The notes under the pieces were generated by a model. That model did no database searches. It saw only the letters and a program-made list of their open reading frames with translations, and was not told the origin of the DNA. A stretch of DNA of 64,000 nt from Dehalococcoidia bacterium (GTDB lineage: Bacteria > Chloroflexota > Dehalococcoidia > Bin125): NCBI GenBank assembly GCA_963663235.2, contig CAXXNO010000011.1, positions 73,202-137,201 on the forward strand, in the 5' to 3' direction. The translations under genes were made by a program, and so were the position numbers. This document shows, piece by piece, positions 57,972 to 64,000 of this stretch. Numbering within the stretch: position 1 is the first letter of the stretch; each line of letters begins with the position of its first letter.

Positions 57972-59774
57972 TCAGGATGTGGACGGTTTGCGGAGGGCGA
58001 CGGTCGCGCCTGCGTCCAGCACGAGAGTTTCGGGCTTGGCGGGGTCGCCGTCGATGGCGACGCGGTAGACGCCACGAGCGCGGCCGAGAGATATATAGCC
58101 TTCCACGACGTCTCGGAGCACGGCGTGGGGATCGCGCGTGTGGGGGTCGCCGTAGCCGCCGCCGCCGGAGGTGAGCGAGATCAAGCGCTCGCCGGCTTCG
58201 AGGGTTTGCTCGCCCACCAGGTTTGGCAGCACCCGGACCGCGCCGTCGCGTTCGATCAGCACGGCGGCGGGCCTGGCGGGCGGGCCGCCGCCGCGCACGC
58301 CCTGGGGCGGGTTGAACATGCCGTCCAGGGAGTAGTGGGAGAGCATGGGCTCGTGGAGGGAGCCGAAGGTGCAGACGTTGCCGGGCGCGCTGCGCCGGCG
58401 GCCGGCGCCTTCGGAGTCGACGCGGACGCGGCGGTCCCAGATGGCCATGGGGTATTTCTGCTCGATGACCTCGGCGGCGTCGACGTAGAGGTTGCCGCCG
58501 GCGCCGGCGCCGACGAGGGTGAGCCAGCCGTCGGACTCGGGCCCGGCGGGGCCGCCGGCGGTGCCGCTGAAGATTTGGAACATCCAGGGGCCGTCGCGCT
58601 TGTCCTCGCCGGAGACGACGCCCACGGAGGGGGCGAGGGCCCAGCAGGGCTCGCCGAAGCCGACGCCGTCGGCGAGCTTGGCGAAGGCGGCGAAGACCAT
58701 ACCCAAGCCGTGCTCGAAGACGGTGGTGGTGCCCATGGAGCACGAGTAGGGATGGACGGGGATGCCCAGCACGCAGTTCTCGCGCAAGAGCACATCAAAG
58801 CGGCGGAAGCTGCCGCCGTTGTTGGGCGCGATCTCGACCTTGGCCTCCGGACTGGCGTTGAGGATGTGGTGGATGCCGGCGACCGCGGCGGTGGTCGCGG
58901 TGGCACGGCTCTGGTTGAGGCCGGTGGGGGTGCAATCCGGGTTGTCGCGGAAGTCGACTGTGACGCGGGCAGCTTCGGGGTCGACCTTGAGGCGCGTCTT
59001 GAGCGGAATGCCATCGGGGAGGCCGGGGAAGGGGTCGACCATGCTGGTCGTTTCGACCTCACCGGCGGGCAGCTTCCGGATCGCTGCGATGGTCACGCGC
59101 TCGGAGTAGTCCAGCCACTCGCGGACGAAGGTCCTGACCGTATCCGGCCCGAATTTCCGGCAAAACTCGTGGATGCGCTCCTCGCCGACGCGGGCGGCGG
59201 CGATCATGGCGAGGTAGTCGCCGTACCAGATCTCGGGGATGCGGATGCGCTTTTGGCACATGTGGATGATGTCGCCGACGTCTTGGTAGTGCTCCTGGAT
59301 GCGGACGCAGGGAAAGATGAGGGCGCCTTCGGCGTAGACGTCGACGGAGATAGGGGCGTAGGTGGTGCGGAGGGCGTTGCCGGTGTCGGCCTGGTGGGCC
59401 TTCACGCAGGTGGTGAAGACGTGCGCGCCCTCGTAGAAGACGGGGACGAGGATGGTCCAGTCGGCGGGGTGGGTGTTGCCGAGGTAGGGGTCGTTGTGGA
59501 GGAAGGCGTCGCCCTCCTTGAAGTCGGGGTGGAGCTCGGCCATGGCCTGGCAGAGGAGGCCGGACCCGTAGACGTGGACGGGCATGCCCTCCGGGGCCGA
59601 GAAGAGCTGGTGATCGGCGGTGGAGATGGAGCAGGAGAGGTCGCGGGCGGCGAGGGTGGCGGAGCGGGCGGTGCGGACGAGGGTGTTGGTCATCTCGCGG
59701 GCGATGCCGTCCATGCGGTTGGCCATCAGGAGGAGGGTGACGGGGTCGAGGGTTGGGGAGTCGGTGGCGGACAT
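57972..59774 (-). CDS. Hydantoinase B/oxoprolinase family protein (tandem copy 3)
   Basis: NDPYLGNTHPAD, KAHQADTG, DSEGAGRRRS, GGGGYGDP. Confidence 0.93.
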   Translation of the reverse strand: MSATDSPTLDPVTLLLMANRMDGIAREMTNTLVRTARSATLAARDLSCSISTADHQLFSAPEGMPVHVYGSGLLCQAMAELHPDFKEGDAFLHNDPYLGNTHPADWTILVPVFYEGAHVFTTCVKAHQADTGNALRTTYAPISVDVYAEGALIFPCVRIQEHYQDVGDIIHMCQKRIRIPEIWYGDYLAMIAAARVGEERIHEFCRKFGPDTVRTFVREWLDYSERVTIAAIRKLPAGEVETTSMVDPFPGLPDGIPLKTRLKVDPEAARVTVDFRDNPDCTPTGLNQSRATATTAAVAGIHHILNASPEAKVEIAPNNGGSFRRFDVLLRENCVLGIPVHPYSCSMGTTTVFEHGLGMVFAAFAKLADGVGFGEPCWALAPSVGVVSGEDKRDGPWMFQIFSGTAGGPAGPESDGWLTLVGAGAGGNLYVDAAEVIEQKYPMAIWDRRVRVDSEGAGRRRSAPGNVCTFGSLHEPMLSHYSLDGMFNPPQGVRGGGPPARPAAVLIERDGAVRVLPNLVGEQTLEAGERLISLTSGGGGYGDPHTRDPHAVLRDVVEGYISLGRARGVYRVAIDGDPAKPETLVLDAGATVALRKPSTS

Positions 59775-59837
59775 GCGTGACATCCTAGTCGGAGGGGTTC
59801 AGGCGGGGAAGTTGTTGGCCGAGGCCGGGCGTGAGGC

Positions 59838-61634
59838 TCAGCCCGAGGCGGAGTTGCGGCGGGCGACGGTGGCGGCGGCGTCGATGGTGAGAGTTTCGGG
59901 CTTGGCGGGGTCGCCGCGGAGGACGACGGCGTAGGCCTCGCGGGCACGGCCGAGAGATATATAGCCTTCCACGACGTCATCGAGGACGGTCATCGGGTCG
60001 CGGGTGTGGGGGTCGCCGTAGCCGCCGCCGCCGGCGGAGAGCGAGACGATGCGCTCGCCCGCCGCGACGGTCTGCTCGCCGACCGGCTCGGGCAGGGTGC
60101 GGATCGATCCGTCGGGCTGGATCAGCAGGGCGGCGGGCCCCAGAGCCGGGCCGCCGCCGCGCACGCCGCGGGGCCGGTTGATCATCCCTTCAAGCGAGTA
60201 GTGCACGTCGAGCGGGTCGTCGAGCGAGCCGTAGACGGAGATGCTGCCGGGCGCGCCGCGCTGGCGGCCGGCGCCCTCGGAGTCCGTGCGGACGCGCACG
60301 TCCCAGATGACGAGGGGGTACTTCTGCTCGATGACCTCCGTCTCGTCGACGAAGTTGAGGCCGCCGCCGTTGGGGAGGAGGTAGGTCATCCAGCCGTCGG
60401 ATTCGGCGCTGGAGGGGCCGCCGGCGGTGCCGCTGAAGAGCTGGAGCACCCAGGGCTCGTCGCGACGGCGGTTGAAGCCGGAGGCGACGCCCTGGAAGGG
60501 CGGCGATCCCCAACACGGCTCCGAGAGGCCGATGCCGTCGGCGAGTTGCGAGAAGGCGGCGTAGACCATGGCAAGCGCGCGGTCGCAGACGGTGTTGGTG
60601 GCCATGGAGCAGGAGACGGGGTGGCGGGGGATGCCGACGACGCAGTTCTCCCGCAGGCGCACGGTGATGGGCCGGAAGGAGCCGGCGCACTGGGGCACGA
60701 GAGGCGCTTTGGCTGTGCGCTTGGAGTTGAGGACGGTGAGGACGCCGGTGATGCCGCAGTTCATCGCGGTGGCTTCGCTAAGGTTGAGGCCGGTGGGGGT
60801 GCAGTCCGGGTTGTCGCGCAGATCGACGATGACGCGGCCGGCCCGGGAGTCGATCTCGATGTCGGCTTGGAGGGGGAGGCCGTCGGGGAGGCCGGGGAAC
60901 GGATCGAGCGTGGTTTCGGCGTGGACTCGGCCGGAGGGGAGCTCCCGGATGGCCGACTCGGCCATGCGCTCGCAGTAGTCCAGCCATTCGCGGACGAACG
61001 TCCGGACGGTTTCGACGCCGAACTTCCGGCAGAACTCCTTGAGGCTACTCTCGCCGACGCGGGCGGCGGCGAGCATGCTGAGGTAGTCGCCGTACCAGAT
61101 CTCCGGGACGCGGATGCGCTTGCGGCACATGCGGACGATGTCGCCGACGTCCTCGTAGTCTCGCTGGATGCGGACGCAGGGAAAGATGAGCGCGCCCTCG
61201 CCGTAGACGTCGAGCGCTTTGGGCATGTAGGTGGTGGGGAGGGCGTTGCCGATATCGGCCTGATGGGCTTTGGCGCAGGCGGTGAAGACGTGCTCCCCCT
61301 CAAAGAAGACGGGGACCATGATCGTGTGGTCGGCGGGGTGGGTGTTGCCGAGGTAGGGGTCGTTGTGGAGGAAGGCGTCGCCCTCCTGGAAGTCGGGGTG
61401 CAGCTCGGCCATCGCTTCGCAGAGGAGGCCGGAGCCGTAGACGTGGACGGGGGAGCCCTCAGGGGCGGCGAGGAGCTGGTGGTCGGAGGTCGAGAGGGAG
61501 CAGGAGAAGTCGCGCGCGACGAGGGTGGCGGAGCGGGCGGTGCGGACCAGGGTGTTGGTCATCCCACGGCTAATGCCGTCGATGCGGTTGGCCATGACGA
61601 GGAGGGTGACGGGGTCGAGGGTGGGGGTCGCCAT
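59838..61634 (-). CDS. Hydantoinase B/oxoprolinase family protein (tandem copy 2)
   Basis: NDPYLGNTHPAD, KAHQADIG, GGGGYGDP; ATG overlaps the upstream stop. Confidence 0.93.
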   Translation of the reverse strand: MATPTLDPVTLLVMANRIDGISRGMTNTLVRTARSATLVARDFSCSLSTSDHQLLAAPEGSPVHVYGSGLLCEAMAELHPDFQEGDAFLHNDPYLGNTHPADHTIMVPVFFEGEHVFTACAKAHQADIGNALPTTYMPKALDVYGEGALIFPCVRIQRDYEDVGDIVRMCRKRIRVPEIWYGDYLSMLAAARVGESSLKEFCRKFGVETVRTFVREWLDYCERMAESAIRELPSGRVHAETTLDPFPGLPDGLPLQADIEIDSRAGRVIVDLRDNPDCTPTGLNLSEATAMNCGITGVLTVLNSKRTAKAPLVPQCAGSFRPITVRLRENCVVGIPRHPVSCSMATNTVCDRALAMVYAAFSQLADGIGLSEPCWGSPPFQGVASGFNRRRDEPWVLQLFSGTAGGPSSAESDGWMTYLLPNGGGLNFVDETEVIEQKYPLVIWDVRVRTDSEGAGRQRGAPGSISVYGSLDDPLDVHYSLEGMINRPRGVRGGGPALGPAALLIQPDGSIRTLPEPVGEQTVAAGERIVSLSAGGGGYGDPHTRDPMTVLDDVVEGYISLGRAREAYAVVLRGDPAKPETLTIDAAATVARRNSASG

Positions 61635-63442
61635 CAGGGGGCTCCGATCGCGCGGCGGGCGACGGTGGCGGGCTCGTCCAGCGCGAGGCTCTCCGGCATG
61701 GTGGGGTCGCCTGTGATGGCGACAGCGTAGACGGCGCGGGCGCGGCCGAGAGATATATAGCCTTCCACGACGTCATCGAGGACGGCACGGGGGTCGCGGG
61801 TGCGGGGGTCGCCGTAGCCGCCGCCGCCCGCGGAGAGGCCGACGATGCGCTCGCCTACGTCGACGGGCTGCTCGCCGACGGGGTCGGGGAGGATGCGGGC
61901 GGAGCCATCGCGGGCGATCAGTTCCACGGCGGGGCCCAGGGCGCGGCCGCCGCCCTGGACGCCCTTGGGCGGGTTGTGCATGCCGTCATTGGAGTAGTGG
62001 ACCACGATTGCTTCGTCGATCGGGCCGTAGGTGCAGACGTTACCGGGCGCGCCGCGGGTGCGCCCGGGCCCTTCCGAGTCCGGGCGGAGCTTGGACACGA
62101 AGATGACGAAGGGATACTTCTGCTCGATGACTTCGGCTTCGTCGATGTACATGAGGCCGGCGGCGCCCACTTCCAGCAGCGTGAGCCATCCGTCGGACTC
62201 GGGGGTGGCCGGCCCGCCGGCGGTGCCGCTGAAGAGCTGGAGCATGAAGGGCTCATTGCGGCGGCGGTTGAAACCGGAGACCACGCCTTGAAACGGCCCT
62301 TGTCCCAGGCAGGGCTCCGCCAGCCCGATGCCGTCGGCGAGCTCGCCGAAGGCGGCGAAGATCATGCCCGTGGCGCGATCAGCCACTGTGGTGGTGGCCA
62401 TCGAGCAAGAGGTGGGGTGGATGGGGATGCCCACGACGCTGTTCTCGCGCAACAGGACGTTGAAACGGCGGTAGGCGCCGGCATTGTTGGGCACGAGGGC
62501 GGTCTTGGCAGTGCGCTTGGAGTTGAGGACGGTGAGCACGGCCGTGATGCCGCTGTTGGTAGCGGTGGCGCGGCTGAGGTTGAGGCCGGTGGGGGTGCAG
62601 TCCGGATTGTCGCGGAGATCGATCGTGACGTAGCCGGCGCTGGAGTCGATGTCGATCTCCGCTTTGAGGGACAGCCCGTCGGGGATGCCGGGGAAGGGGT
62701 CCATCTGCGTCCGCGCTACCACGCGGTCCGCTGGCAGGCGGCGGATGGCCGCCTCCGCCATGCGCTCGCTGTAGTTGAGCCATTCGCGGACGAAGGTCCG
62801 GACCTTCTTCGCCCCGAACTTGCGACAGAACTCCTGCAGCCGCTGCTCCCCCACGCGCGCGGCGGCCAGCAAGGCGAGGTAATCGCCGTACCAGAACTCG
62901 GGCACGCGGATGCGCTTCTGGCACATGCGGACGATGTCGCCCACGTCCTGGTAGTGCTCTTGGATGCGGACGCAAGGGAAGATCAGGGCGCCCTCGGCGT
63001 AGACGTCGATGGCTTTGGGCGAGTAGGTGGTGGGGGCGGCGTTGCCGGTATCGGCGAGGTGGGCCTTTACGCAGGCGGTGAAGACATGCTCCCCGTCCAC
63101 GAAGACGGGGAGCAGGATGGTGTGATCGGCGGGGTGGGTGTTGCCGAGGTAGGGGTCGTTGTGGAGGAAGGCGTCGCCCTCCTTGAAGTCGGGGTGAAGG
63201 TCCGCCATCGACTCACACTGGAGGCCGGATCCGTAGACGTGGACGGGTGCGCCCTCGGGGGCGGTGAGGAGCTGATGGTCGTCGGTGCAGATGGAGCAGG
63301 AGAAGTCGCGCGCGACGAGGGTGGCGGAGAGGGCGGTGCGGACCAGGGTATTGGTCATCTCCTCGGTGATGCCGTCCATGCGGTTGGCCATGACGAGGAG
63401 CTGGACGGGGTCGAGGGTGGAGTCGGTGGTGGGGGCAGACAT
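61634..63442 (-). CDS. Hydantoinase B/oxoprolinase family protein (tandem copy 1)
   Basis: NDPYLGNTHPAD, KAHLADTG, GGGGYGDP; TAAGAT 7 nt before ATG 63442. Confidence 0.93.
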   Translation of the reverse strand: MSAPTTDSTLDPVQLLVMANRMDGITEEMTNTLVRTALSATLVARDFSCSICTDDHQLLTAPEGAPVHVYGSGLQCESMADLHPDFKEGDAFLHNDPYLGNTHPADHTILLPVFVDGEHVFTACVKAHLADTGNAAPTTYSPKAIDVYAEGALIFPCVRIQEHYQDVGDIVRMCQKRIRVPEFWYGDYLALLAAARVGEQRLQEFCRKFGAKKVRTFVREWLNYSERMAEAAIRRLPADRVVARTQMDPFPGIPDGLSLKAEIDIDSSAGYVTIDLRDNPDCTPTGLNLSRATATNSGITAVLTVLNSKRTAKTALVPNNAGAYRRFNVLLRENSVVGIPIHPTSCSMATTTVADRATGMIFAAFGELADGIGLAEPCLGQGPFQGVVSGFNRRRNEPFMLQLFSGTAGGPATPESDGWLTLLEVGAAGLMYIDEAEVIEQKYPFVIFVSKLRPDSEGPGRTRGAPGNVCTYGPIDEAIVVHYSNDGMHNPPKGVQGGGRALGPAVELIARDGSARILPDPVGEQPVDVGERIVGLSAGGGGYGDPRTRDPRAVLDDVVEGYISLGRARAVYAVAITGDPTMPESLALDEPATVARRAIGAP

Positions 63443-63488
63443 CGGCGCCATCTTAGCGGCGGGCCGCGCGTGAGGCGGAGAAGGCAAA

Positions 63489-63540
63489 CCTCACCCCTCG
63501 CTCCTCTCCATCCTTCCCTCCGGGGAAGGATGGAGAGGGG
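63489..63540. repeat. REP-like palindrome CCTCACCCC...CCTCTCC-stem-GGAGAGGGG
   Basis: 16-bp stem CCTCTCCATCCTTCCC-TCCG-GGGAAGGATGGAGAGG at 63503-63538 preceded by CCTCACCCC. Confidence 0.65.
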
Positions 63541-63616
63541 AAAAGGCCGTTCGCCCCGCGATGCGACAGGCTTTGATGGAGGCCTCGCCGTGGCTGGGAA
63601 CGGACGGCCGCCCCGG

Positions 63617-64000
63617 TCACAGCGCGGCGGTGACCTGGATCTCGACGATCATGTCCTCCAGCACGAGGCCGCTCACGAGGATGAGCGTGTTGGGCGGGTA
63701 GTCGCCGTTGGGGAAGTAGGTGCTGAAGAGATCGTTGCGGACCGCGAAGAAGTGCGCCATGTTCTCGCGGCTGACCATGAAGGTGGTGAAGTCCACGACG
63801 TTGCTGAAGGTGCCGCCGGCGTCCTTGAGCACCTTCTCGACGTTCGAGAAGGCGTGGCGGATCTGAGCGACGGGGTCGCCCTTGCCGACCAGGCCGCCGT
63901 TTTCGTCGAAGGCGACCTGGCCCGCGACGAAGACGTATTCGTCCGCTTTGACGCGGAGGGCCTGGTGGACGGGGGCGGGGAACTTGTGGATCCCGGGCGG
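63617..64000 (-). CDS. Rid/YjgF family protein (start beyond the window edge)
   Basis: YVFVAGQVAFDENG..VGKGD..AQ...NVEKVLKDAGG...PPNTLILVSGL...IVEIQVTA. Confidence 0.88.
   Translation of the reverse strand, partial: PPGIHKFPAPVHQALRVKADEYVFVAGQVAFDENGGLVGKGDPVAQIRHAFSNVEKVLKDAGGTFSNVVDFTTFMVSRENMAHFFAVRNDLFSTYFPNGDYPPNTLILVSGLVLEDMIVEIQVTAAL

Overview
High-GC bacterial chromosome segment. Gene content and style (short EF-Ts, short IF2, tandem fabF, hydantoinase-B paralogue expansion, many apparently leaderless starts) suggest Chloroflexota, probably Dehalococcoidia-like; this is inference. Positions 1-29.5 kb are mostly housekeeping: SufR-like regulator, clpS, DtxR/MntR, fabG-fabD-fabF-fabF-acpP, nusA-ylxR-infB-rbfA-truB (no rimP), proS, ispG, rpsB-tsf-pyrH-frr-uppS-cdsA-dxr-rseP, dtd, nadC, nrtR, miaB and tRNA-Ser(GCT). 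Positions 29.6-64 kb are accessory and partly decaying: lipoproteins, TA/defence relics, sucCD, modular secreted proteins, a copper amine oxidase, four hydantoinase-B/oxoprolinase paralogues and two inverted copies of a dead IS3-family element. The strongest signal is that both IS copies carry dozens of substitutions that are almost exclusively A:T->C:G transversions, some shared and some private to each copy. This is either a repeat-targeted (RIP-like) hypermutation process or a MutT-type mutational bias seen in unselected DNA. Other notable items: an RseP with an extra PDZ and two LysM-like domains, in-frame REP-like insertions inside proteins, an 18-bp tandem array grown from a CTAG stop shared by convergent genes, a rimP-type leader without rimP, a nadB C-terminal relic behind an NrtR-type box, and a near-identical promoter/5'UTR in front of two unrelated catabolic genes. 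All alignments and counts were done by eye; no database searches were run.
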